The notes under the pieces: model-generated
What the model saw: the letters and a program-made list of their open reading frames with translations, nothing else
What the model was told of the DNA's origin: nothing
The model's database searches: none
Made by a program: the position numbers and the translations under genes
Shown: positions 18,570-27,437 of the stretch, one piece after another
Position numbering within the stretch: position 1 is the stretch's first letter
How the letters are laid out: the number at the start of each line of letters is the position of its first letter
NCBI GenBank assembly: GCA_963665295.1
Contig: OY762209.1
Span: 3,424,001-3,488,000, forward strand
DNA length: 64,000 nucleotides
Source: Syntrophorhabdaceae bacterium
Lineage (GTDB): Bacteria; Desulfobacterota; Syntrophorhabdia; Syntrophorhabdales; Syntrophorhabdaceae
Reading direction: 5' to 3'

Positions 18570-20066
18570 ATGACCATAGGTGATTTATTAGTAAGAAATG
18601 CCCACAAGTTCCCGGAGAAGACCGCCGTAGTCACGGAGGATGCGTCCTTTACCTTCCGCGCCCTCAACGAGCGGGTCAACAGTCTTGCCGGTCTTCTTAT
18701 AAGCCGCGGCCTCGAAAAGGGAGACCGCATCGGGGTGGTGGTGCATAACGGACATCGTTTCATGGAGATCTACTTTGCCGCGGCAAAGACGGGGGGCATC
18801 TTCTGCCCCTATAACAACCACCTGAGAAGCGAGGAGCTTAAGGACCTCATCCAGTACTCGACGCCCAAGTTCCTCTTCTTCGACGAGGACTTCGGCAGCA
18901 TGATCGAGGGCCTTAAACCCGAACTCGCGGTGACTCACTATATCGGGGACTACGAAGGGCTCCTTGCGCCTTTTGCCGAGCCGGCTGTGAAAGTGACGGA
19001 AGAGGACGTGCTCTCCATCATCTTTACCGCAGGCACCACAGGCAAGCCGAAGGGCGCCATGAGGACCCACCGCCACCTCATGTCGGATGCCATTGCGAGC
19101 GCCATCGACCTTAGAGTGGAGTACGACGAGAAGGTGCTCATTACCTTCCCTATGTACCACGTGGCCGCAGAGGACAACATCGTGCGCCATTCCTTTCTGC
19201 CCAATACGATCTATATAAAGAAAGAAGGAGGCTTCAACCCCGAGGAGGTCCTCGCCTACATCTCGAAGGAGAAGATCACGAGGTGCCAGTTCGTCCCCAC
19301 CATGATCCACAGCCTCCTCCAGATACCGGATGTGAAGAAGTTCGACCTTTCGAGCCTGAGGCTCATCCTCTACGCAGGCTCCCCCATGCCGGCCGAGCTT
19401 CTAAGGCAGGCCCTCGAGGTGTTCCCCTGCGGGTTCGCCCAACTCTATGGGCAGACGGAGAGCGGTCCCTTTACCACAGTCCTCAAGCCGGAGGACCATG
19501 ACCTCACGAAGCCCGCAAGGCTCGCCTCCTCAGGCAAGGCGGCCCTCAACTACGAGATAAGGATCGTCGATGAGTCCGATAAGGACGTTGCCGTAGGCGA
19601 GGTGGGAGAGATCATAGGGAAGAGCGAGGCCATGACCATAGGGTACTGGCAGATGCCCGAGGCTACTGCGGAGAAACTCCGGGGAGGCTGGCTCAGGACC
19701 GGGGACCTGGGGAGATTCGATGAAGAGGGGTTCATCTACATCGTGGAGAGGAAGAACGACATGATCATCTCCGGCGGGGTGAACATCTATCCCCGTGAGG
19801 TGGAGGAAGTCCTCTACCGCCACCCCGCAGTATCGGAGGTATCGGTAATAGGGATACCCGACGAGCACTGGGGAGAGGTGGTAAAAGCGGCGGTGGTATT
19901 GAAGCCCGGGGCTTCCGCGGAACCCGCGGAGCTTATAGACTTCTGCGGCAAGAACCTCGCGGGGTATAAAAAACCCAAGTCCGTAGACTTCTGGGAGGAA
20001 CTCCCCAAGAGTCCCCAGGGGAAGATCCTGAAGAAGGAGATAAGGAAGCATTACGGGGAAAAGTAA
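18570..20066 (+). CDS. AMP-forming acyl-CoA synthetase/ligase
   Basis: FTAGTTGKPKG, YGQTESGP, GWLRTGDLG, DMIISGGVNIYPREVE, LPKSPQGKILK. Confidence 0.95.
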   Translation: MTIGDLLVRNAHKFPEKTAVVTEDASFTFRALNERVNSLAGLLISRGLEKGDRIGVVVHNGHRFMEIYFAAAKTGGIFCPYNNHLRSEELKDLIQYSTPKFLFFDEDFGSMIEGLKPELAVTHYIGDYEGLLAPFAEPAVKVTEEDVLSIIFTAGTTGKPKGAMRTHRHLMSDAIASAIDLRVEYDEKVLITFPMYHVAAEDNIVRHSFLPNTIYIKKEGGFNPEEVLAYISKEKITRCQFVPTMIHSLLQIPDVKKFDLSSLRLILYAGSPMPAELLRQALEVFPCGFAQLYGQTESGPFTTVLKPEDHDLTKPARLASSGKAALNYEIRIVDESDKDVAVGEVGEIIGKSEAMTIGYWQMPEATAEKLRGGWLRTGDLGRFDEEGFIYIVERKNDMIISGGVNIYPREVEEVLYRHPAVSEVSVIGIPDEHWGEVVKAAVVLKPGASAEPAELIDFCGKNLAGYKKPKSVDFWEELPKSPQGKILKKEIRKHYGEK

Positions 20067-20436
20067 AAAAGGTTGGAAATCCGATAATTTTCGTATCTGA
20101 TATCATATCAGTTGCGTCAGACAAAACCCTCCTTGTTAAGGCCTGTTGTGGTGCGCTGTTGCAATGGCTCTCACAGGGAGGGTCCCCCCCTTTGTTTTCT
20201 GGAGGTGTGATCCTGTAGGGCTCCGACACGCGCGGGTGCCTCATGGGTCTGGTGCGGGATGCGCTGTTTCGTGGAATGCGGAAAAGTGACGAAAGGGGGG
20301 GAGGCAGGAAATATGGATGGACGAGGGAGAGGAAAGGTTTCCCGAGGGAGGGCGGAGAAGATGAAAGACCGGCCCTTGAAGGACCGGCCCGTGAAACTTA
20401 AAAGCCCCGCATGGAGTGTTCAGGCCTTGGTTTAGA

Positions 20437-22357
20437 CCGAAGTTCCCCCTGTGAAATCCCCCCAATATCACTCTATCCCGTTGAAATGACGGGAATAGGG
20501 TGATAATCATATCTTCTACTTGTTGCCATGTAATAGTGCATTATGTACTTGACATGTAGGTAAGCTATTTGCTATATATGTTCCATGTACATCGAAAGCA
20601 TCCCCAACCGCAACTCCCGGCCCGCCATCCTCTTGAGGGAGGCATGGAGGGAAGGCAAAAAGATAAAGAAGAAGACAGTCGCAAACCTCACTGATTGGCC
20701 GGAAGAGAAGATCGAGCTCTTGAGGCGTGTATTGAAAGGGGAGTCTCTCGTCTCTCCGAAGGAAGCCTTTAAGGTTGAGCAGTCTCTCCCCCACGGCCAT
20801 GTGGAGGCCATACTCGGGACAATAAAGAAGCTTGGCCTTGATACGGTCATTGCCTCGAAGCCTGGAAGGGAGAGAGACCTCGTAATCGCCATGATCGTGG
20901 AACGCCTCATCCACCCCTCATCGAAATTAGCAACTACGAGGCTCTGGCATACTACTTCGGTGGCGGAGGAACTCTCGGTTGCAGATGCCGATGAGGACGA
21001 ACTCTATGATGCCCTGGACTGGCTTTTGGCAAGACAGGAGCGGATCGAGAAGAAGCTGGCGAATAAGCACCTTACCGAGGGCTCGCTCGTGCTCTACGAT
21101 GTGACGAGCAGTTACTACGAGGGCCACACCTGTCCCCTTGCGCAGTTCGGCCATGACCGGGATGAAAAGGGAAAGAGGATCATCGTCTATGGAGTACTCA
21201 CCGATCACGAAGGCCGACCTGTTGCAGTTACCGTCTATCCGGGGAATACGGGCGATCCCTCTACCATTCCCGACCAGACGGCAAAGCTCAAAGAAAGATT
21301 CGGTCTCGATCACCTCGTCCTCGTGGGCGACAGGGGCATGCTTACGGAGACACAGATTACAAAGATAAAGGAGATGCCCGGCATAGGGTGGATATCGGCC
21401 CTCAGGTCTTCCGCCATACGCGAGCTTGTGGGACAGGGGAGCATCCAGATGTCCCTCTTCGATACCCAGGACTTTGCGGAAATCACCTCTCCCGAGTATC
21501 CGGGGGAAAGGCTCATCGCTTGCTTCAACCCCCTTCTTGCCGAAGAGAGAAAGAGGAAAAGAAACGCGCTCCTCGATGTGACGGAAAAGAAGTTGTCCTC
21601 CATTGTACGGGCGGTCGGGAGAAGGACAAGGACGCCTCTTTCCGCAGCGGAGATAGGGAAGAAAGTCGGCGCGGTAGTCAACGATCACAAGATGGCGAAG
21701 CACTTTATCCTTACCATCGGAGACGGGTCCTTCTCATTCGCCCGGAACGAGGAGTCAATCACCGAAGAAGAAGCCCTCGACGGGATCTATGTGATCCGTA
21801 CGAGTGAACCAGCCCTTCCTCCCGCCGATGTGGTACGGAACTACAAGAACCTTGCCCGGGTAGAGCGGGCCTTCAGGACCTTGAAGGGCATCGATCTTCT
21901 CGTCCGTCCCATTCACCACCGTACCGAGGATCACGTGCGAGCCCACATCTTTCTCTGCACCCTCGCCTATTACGTAGAGTGGCATATGAGGGAGGCCCTT
22001 ACGCCGCTGCTCTTCGACGATGAGGAGCTTCCCCTCTCACGAACGACGAGAGACCCGGTAAAGCCCGCGGAGTCATCTTCTTCCGCAAAGAAAAAGAAGA
22101 CCACCAAGCTCACCCCTGACGGCCTTCCCGTCCAGAGCTTCCGTACCCTCCTTGCCGCACTGGGGACCCGATGCAAAAACCGGTGCAGGATGGTTTTGGA
22201 CTCCATGGCCCCGGCCTTCACCCTTCTTACTGATCCGACACCTCTCCAGGCCCGCGCCCTTGCCCTCCTCGGACTGTAGCCAGTAACGGGAAATCAATTT
22301 CTGCCATAATCATTGGAATATCAAGGTGATGGGTTAATATTGGGCGGGGAACTTCGG
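20437..22357 (+). mobile_element. Complete IS1634-family insertion sequence (1921 bp)
   Basis: Perfect 12-bp terminal IRs CCGAAGTTCCCC (20437) and GGGGAACTTCGG (ending 22357). Direct repeat TTTAGA at 20431-20436 and 22358-22363. One transposase ORF. Confidence 0.93.
20585..22279 (+). CDS. IS1634-family DDE transposase
   Basis: MYIESIPNRNSRPAILLREAWREG N-terminus, LYDVTSSYYEG, LVGDRGM, YKNLARVERAFRTLK, VRAHIFLC. Confidence 0.93.
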   Translation: MYIESIPNRNSRPAILLREAWREGKKIKKKTVANLTDWPEEKIELLRRVLKGESLVSPKEAFKVEQSLPHGHVEAILGTIKKLGLDTVIASKPGRERDLVIAMIVERLIHPSSKLATTRLWHTTSVAEELSVADADEDELYDALDWLLARQERIEKKLANKHLTEGSLVLYDVTSSYYEGHTCPLAQFGHDRDEKGKRIIVYGVLTDHEGRPVAVTVYPGNTGDPSTIPDQTAKLKERFGLDHLVLVGDRGMLTETQITKIKEMPGIGWISALRSSAIRELVGQGSIQMSLFDTQDFAEITSPEYPGERLIACFNPLLAEERKRKRNALLDVTEKKLSSIVRAVGRRTRTPLSAAEIGKKVGAVVNDHKMAKHFILTIGDGSFSFARNEESITEEEALDGIYVIRTSEPALPPADVVRNYKNLARVERAFRTLKGIDLLVRPIHHRTEDHVRAHIFLCTLAYYVEWHMREALTPLLFDDEELPLSRTTRDPVKPAESSSSAKKKKTTKLTPDGLPVQSFRTLLAALGTRCKNRCRMVLDSMAPAFTLLTDPTPLQARALALLGL

Positions 22358-22358
22358 T

Positions 22359-22802
22359 TTAGACATACTTCCCGTTGATATACTGATTGAGGAAGTCGAT
22401 TTCAATCTTCTGTTCCCTCACGATAGCCTTGACGACATCGCCTATTGAGACGAGCCCGGTCATTTTCCCCTTGTCGAAGACGGGCAGGTGCCTGATACGT
22501 TTCTTTGTCATAAGGGAGATGCATTCGTCAACCGTGGTTGAAGGAGAGACCACATAGAGGTCCTTGGTCATAATGTCCCTGGTGAAGGTCTCTTTTGAAG
22601 ACCTGCCCTCCAGTATAACCTTCCGCGCATAGTCGCGCTCGGATATGATCCCCACTACGTTTCCCTCTTCACCGAGGACGACCGCCGCTCCGATGCCCTT
22701 GTCCTGCATCAACTGAAGCGCCCTGTACACCAGGGTATCGATGGAGACGGTCCATACCTCGCCCCCCTTGTGCTGCAAAATCTGACTCACTGTTGTTTTC
22801 AT
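22359..22802 (-). CDS. Stand-alone tandem CBS-domain protein
   Basis: MKTTVSQILQHKG, GIISERDYARK, MTKKRIRHLPV, GLVSIGDVVK. Start placed after AAGGGGG. Confidence 0.92.
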   Translation of the reverse strand: MKTTVSQILQHKGGEVWTVSIDTLVYRALQLMQDKGIGAAVVLGEEGNVVGIISERDYARKVILEGRSSKETFTRDIMTKDLYVVSPSTTVDECISLMTKKRIRHLPVFDKGKMTGLVSIGDVVKAIVREQKIEIDFLNQYINGKYV

Positions 22803-23082
22803 AAAAACCCCCTTAACGATGTATTGTTTCCGGGCAAACCCGGATTCTTCAATATGAGATCTCTGCGGCCCTCCAGTCCGGCTCAGCCCGCAACGGACCG
22901 GCACAGGATCCTTTTGCTTACACGGGTGACGAAATCAACTATACATTTATTACTATGAAGGGCGGTATAAAGTCAACAGTTAAAATATCAACAGATGTAA
23001 TATCAAGATGTGTAATTTAATCACATCAGGTCGCGAATCCTTTGCCTTCCCCGGCCAAAAGGATATATACTATGAGGGCGCA

Positions 23083-25152
23083 GTGACTACTAATCTTCCG
23101 GAGTGTCTGATGGAAACCATGTTTTTTCCCAGGAGCATAGCGATTATAGGGGTGTCGAATTCTCCCTCCAATAACGGACGGGTCATTGTGGAGAATATGG
23201 AGCGTTTCGGTTTCGACGGAATAATGCATCTTGTTGGAGGGAGAAGGGACTCACTTTCAGGAAGAACGATATTCGCTCATGTGAGCGAAATTCCCGAAAC
23301 CCCGGACCTTGCGGTTATCCTCGTTCCGGCGAGCCGGTTGCTGGAGGTGCTGGAGGCGTGCGGTGAGAAGGGGATACGAAGAGTCGTGATAGAAACAGGC
23401 GGCTTTTCGGAGTTCGGGGACGACCGGAAGGACCTGGAGGGCGAGATCGTGGACATGGCGTCCAAATGGAACATGAAGGTTATCGGCCCCAACTGCGTGG
23501 GTATCGTGAATGTCGAGAATGGTCTTATCCTGCCTTTTTATCCCCTTTATCCCAGTGAGGCGGGGAAGGGCCGGGTATCGATCATCAGCCAGAGCGGGGG
23601 TCTTGTCCATGATATCATCGTGCTCGCCAACATAGACAACGTGGGCGTGAACAAACTTGTCAGTATCGGGAATAAGCTGGTTTCGGACGAGAACGATGTA
23701 CTTGAATACCTCATTTCCGATACGGACACGGGCATTATCGGCCTGTACCTGGAGAATATCGCCGACGGGAGAAGACTTATGGACCTCGCGCGTTCCACGG
23801 ACAAGCCTATTGTTCTCCTCAAATCCAACAGAAGTCCGGGCAGCCGGGAAATAGCAAGATTTCATACATCTGCTCTGGCAGGGGACGACCGCGTTGTGGA
23901 CGAGGCTTTGAAGCAGGCGGGCGTTCACCGGGTGCGGGATCTGGGGGAGATGGTTGATGCCTTCAAAGCGTTTTCCCTTCCGCCTCTTAAGGGTCCGAGT
24001 CTCGCAGTCATTGCCCGTTCCGGGGGACAGGCCGTACTGTCCGCGGATAGCGTCTATCTCCATGGTTTTACTCTTGCTTCTTTTTCCGAAAGGTTTTTCG
24101 CAATGTTGTCGGAAAAGACGAGGGCAGGGGTCATCCGGAGGACCAATCCGCTCGATCTGGGGGATGTCTTCGATTTTGACGTTTATTTGGCGATAATCGA
24201 AGAAGCGTTACGGGAGGATGGCGTTGACGCCGTTCTGATGCTCCATTCCTACGCCCTTGGGGTCGATTTTCAGCCTTCGGTGAGACTCATGTCGGGCTGC
24301 GGAGAGCTGGTAAAGAAGTATGGCAAACCTGTCGTGTTCTGCACGATAGTGCACAAAGAGAACTGGACCGCCATGCACGAGATCAAGGACCTTCCCGTTT
24401 TTACCTACGTCGATGATGCGTTGGCGGCCCTCAGAAAGTCGTTGGACCATTTCGCGCCGAGGCCGGATAAGTCCACTCAGACCGTAAAATATAGCCAAAA
24501 GAGGACATCCCGTAGTCGCCTTGCGAAAGGCATCGTGCCGGTGGGTGACGTATTCGGGCTCCTCCACGCATACAATCTTGAGGTGGCGGATTACAGAATC
24601 GTGAACGCGATGAGTGATGGTCTTGGCGAGGGAAGGAATATGGGCTTTCCCTTGGCGTTAAAGACCGCTTCCGCTGAAGTGCTTCATAAGACGGAGCAGG
24701 GCGGAGTGTTCCTTGGTCTCAGGGATGACGCAGGCCTCGAAGAGGCCTTTCGTAAACTGGGGAAACCGGGCCCGTATCTTCTCCAGAAGATGGTCCCGCC
24801 GGGGTGCGAGATGATCATTGGAGGCCGCAATGACCCGGAGTTCGGGTCCGTCGTGATGTGCGGTATGGGGGGTATTTTTGTGGAGATATATAAAGACGTG
24901 GCGGTGCGGGTAGTCCCCGTTGACGAACGGGAGGCGTCGGCTATGGTAGACGACCTCAAAGGGGTTGATATTCTGAAAGGATTCAGGGGCAGCCGGCCCT
25001 ATGACATCGAATTTCTCGTTGACGCCCTTGTCAATGTGTCGAGGCTCTTGTGCGAGCACCCGGAAATCGGTACTCTGGACATAAACCCCCTCATTCTTTT
25101 CGGTAAAGGAGAAGGTGGGGTAGTAGTGGACGCGAAGCTCGAAATTACGTGA
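23083..25152 (+). CDS. ADP-forming acyl-CoA synthetase (acetate-CoA ligase family, fused alpha/beta)
   Basis: FPRSIAIIGVS, GPNCVG, SQSGG, SIGNK, FHTSALAG (phospho-His), HKTEQGGV, DINPL. The start is either GTG 23083 (after GAGGG) or ATG 23110. Confidence 0.9.
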   Translation: MTTNLPECLMETMFFPRSIAIIGVSNSPSNNGRVIVENMERFGFDGIMHLVGGRRDSLSGRTIFAHVSEIPETPDLAVILVPASRLLEVLEACGEKGIRRVVIETGGFSEFGDDRKDLEGEIVDMASKWNMKVIGPNCVGIVNVENGLILPFYPLYPSEAGKGRVSIISQSGGLVHDIIVLANIDNVGVNKLVSIGNKLVSDENDVLEYLISDTDTGIIGLYLENIADGRRLMDLARSTDKPIVLLKSNRSPGSREIARFHTSALAGDDRVVDEALKQAGVHRVRDLGEMVDAFKAFSLPPLKGPSLAVIARSGGQAVLSADSVYLHGFTLASFSERFFAMLSEKTRAGVIRRTNPLDLGDVFDFDVYLAIIEEALREDGVDAVLMLHSYALGVDFQPSVRLMSGCGELVKKYGKPVVFCTIVHKENWTAMHEIKDLPVFTYVDDALAALRKSLDHFAPRPDKSTQTVKYSQKRTSRSRLAKGIVPVGDVFGLLHAYNLEVADYRIVNAMSDGLGEGRNMGFPLALKTASAEVLHKTEQGGVFLGLRDDAGLEEAFRKLGKPGPYLLQKMVPPGCEMIIGGRNDPEFGSVVMCGMGGIFVEIYKDVAVRVVPVDEREASAMVDDLKGVDILKGFRGSRPYDIEFLVDALVNVSRLLCEHPEIGTLDINPLILFGKGEGGVVVDAKLEIT

Positions 25153-25183
25153 TATTTTGTCTGTGCGCTGGCTCATCCGTTCC

Positions 25184-25212
25184 TTGACATGGCCCGGTAT
25201 TACTGTTATATT
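25184..25212 (+). promoter_or_regulatory. Sigma70 promoter of fabH
   Basis: TTGACA-N17-TATATT with an extended -10 TG. Confidence 0.7.
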
Positions 25213-25366
25213 TGAGTTGCGTTAAGGGCTTATCGTGAAAGAGGGTGCGTACTTTCGGTGAGATTGCTGCACGCAGTAGTTACCTGAGGCTCTTCGAATG
25301 ATATTCCGCAATAACTGAAGCGGGGATCGGCCATCGTGTCCGGTCGCCAACAGACAAGAAGGGAGT

Positions 25367-26329
25367 TTGCTTATACAGCAGCCTATGTACATCAATGCAG
25401 CCGCACACTATTTACCGAAGACAATCGTTCCTAATGAGTATTACACAAATCTGACTGGCATGACCGACGAGTGGATTTTCCGGCGCTCGGGCATTCGTAC
25501 GAGAACAAGGGCCGGGGCAGGCGAGAACACCAACACCATGTCCATCGAGGCGGTCACATCCGGAATCGGCCGGCTTCCTTATCCCGTTCAACAGATCGAC
25601 CTTGTAGTAGGCGCTACCTACACCCCCTATGACACAGTGGGGACTATAGCCCATGCGGTGCAGAGTTCCTTTGACATCCATCGGGCGAGAGTAGTTTCCG
25701 TGTCTTCCGCATGTTCTTCGTTTTTGAACGCCATGGAGATAGTGGAAGGCTACTTCGCCACAAACAAGGCCCGGAGAGCTATCGTGGTTGCCGCTGAGCA
25801 TAACACGGCTTACAGCGACGACAGGGACGAGCAGGCAGGCCACCTGTGGGGCGATGGCGCGGGCGTGGTGTTCGTCTCGAAAGAGAGGATTTCCGACGAT
25901 GACATAGAGGTGTTGGACCTCAATACAGTGGGGCTCGGACACGTGGGGAAAGGCCTGGAAGCGGTTTATCTCAGGCCCAACGACGGTGGCCTGAGAATGC
26001 CATGCGGAAAGGATATCTTCGTTCATGCAACAAAATACATGGTATCCGAGGTCGAAAATCTTCTCGCGAGAAATCACTTTGCTTTCGAAGATATTGCGTA
26101 CCTCATACCGCATCAGGCGAACTCGCGCATCATCAGCCACATTGCGTCTACCCTCGGCTTGAAGAATGGTCAGGTGATCATGAATATCGAGAACGCGGGA
26201 AACACTGGTTGTGCAAGCACGGCCATTGCCCTTTCTCAGAATTGGAGCAGATTCGGCATCGACGAGTTGATCGCCATTACGGTTTTCGGCGGTGGATATT
26301 CGGCCGGCGCCATGCTCATGCGAAAGTAA
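25367..26329 (+). CDS. fabH: 3-oxoacyl-ACP synthase III family protein
   Basis: DEWIFRRSGIRTR, SSACSSF (Cys), WGDGAG, PHQAN (His), GNTG (Asn), FGGG. The start may be TTG 25367 or ATG 25385. Confidence 0.88.
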   Translation: MLIQQPMYINAAAHYLPKTIVPNEYYTNLTGMTDEWIFRRSGIRTRTRAGAGENTNTMSIEAVTSGIGRLPYPVQQIDLVVGATYTPYDTVGTIAHAVQSSFDIHRARVVSVSSACSSFLNAMEIVEGYFATNKARRAIVVAAEHNTAYSDDRDEQAGHLWGDGAGVVFVSKERISDDDIEVLDLNTVGLGHVGKGLEAVYLRPNDGGLRMPCGKDIFVHATKYMVSEVENLLARNHFAFEDIAYLIPHQANSRIISHIASTLGLKNGQVIMNIENAGNTGCASTAIALSQNWSRFGIDELIAITVFGGGYSAGAMLMRK

Positions 26330-26425
26330 CCGGACCGGCGAGGAAGTCCGATGACCAGAGCCCTCGGAACGGTTAGAACGTCATATGCTTAAAGAAGTCC
26401 TTGCTGCTGCAGGGAGGTACTAGGA

Positions 26426-27223
26426 ATGTCCCCTCCGCGTAATGTTATGGAGATCAGGAATGCCACCGTATACCGCGGAGACGTCCAGGTGTTCAAAAGC
26501 TTTTCCCTTGAGATAGAGGCAGGTCGGAGCACTGCAATCCTGGGCCCCAACGGCGCGGGTAAGTCGACCTTACTCAAACTTCTCACCAGGGAGATCTATC
26601 CCGTGCAGCAGAGAGGGAGTTTCGTGAAGGTCCTGGGCCATGGTCTTTGGAACGTATGGGATATCCGGGCTCATCTCGGCATTGTCTCACAGGACCTGCA
26701 GGGGGAATACCTGGGAGACGCGGAAGGACAGGCAGTGCTTCTGTCGGGTCTTTACTCCAGTATAGGTATCTGGGCCCATCAGGAATTTACTTCGGAAGAC
26801 CGGCAGCGGGCCGAAGGCATGCTTAAGATGCTGGGTGTATGGAGTTGCAGAAAGAAACTGTTCTCAAGGATGTCTACAGGTGAACAGCGGCGCCTTCTTC
26901 TCGGCCGCGCCCTGATTAACGACCCTGATGTGCTTGTGCTGGACGAGCCTACAAGCGGTCTCGACTTGAAGGCCTGTTTCCAATACCTCGAAATTGTCGG
27001 CAACCTCATAGCCTCAGGGAAGACGGTAGTGCTTGTAACACATCATGTCCACGAGATTCCTCCGGGCATCTCACGGGTGATCCTGCTCAAGAACGGTAAA
27101 GTAATCGCCGACGGTGAAAAATCAGGGGTTCTCACGAGTCGGTCCATGACACGGCTTTTTGACATTCCTGTCGAAGTGGTACAGGTGAACGGTTTTTATC
27201 AGGCTGTGCCCGCCGTCCTGTAG
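26426..27223 (+). CDS. ABC ATP-binding protein (ModF-like); no adjacent permease
   Basis: GPNGAGKST, MSTGEQRR, LVLDEPT, VTHH. Confidence 0.9.
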   Translation: MSPPRNVMEIRNATVYRGDVQVFKSFSLEIEAGRSTAILGPNGAGKSTLLKLLTREIYPVQQRGSFVKVLGHGLWNVWDIRAHLGIVSQDLQGEYLGDAEGQAVLLSGLYSSIGIWAHQEFTSEDRQRAEGMLKMLGVWSCRKKLFSRMSTGEQRRLLLGRALINDPDVLVLDEPTSGLDLKACFQYLEIVGNLIASGKTVVLVTHHVHEIPPGISRVILLKNGKVIADGEKSGVLTSRSMTRLFDIPVEVVQVNGFYQAVPAVL

Positions 27224-27437
27224 TGCCGGCATGCCCGTCCACCGGGCCTGTGGATATCAACCCGCCCATTTTGAATAATCTTTTGCTTGAATCGCAATCA
27301 ACGATAGTGGTACATATTAAGTAGAGACGAGGTGAGAAGATTCCACGACCAGGGGGGTTCGAATTCGTCAAATCGGCCGAACCCCGGTAAGTTGTCGAAC
27401 GAATAAGACCTATAGCCTACCCTCAAGGAGGATATGA

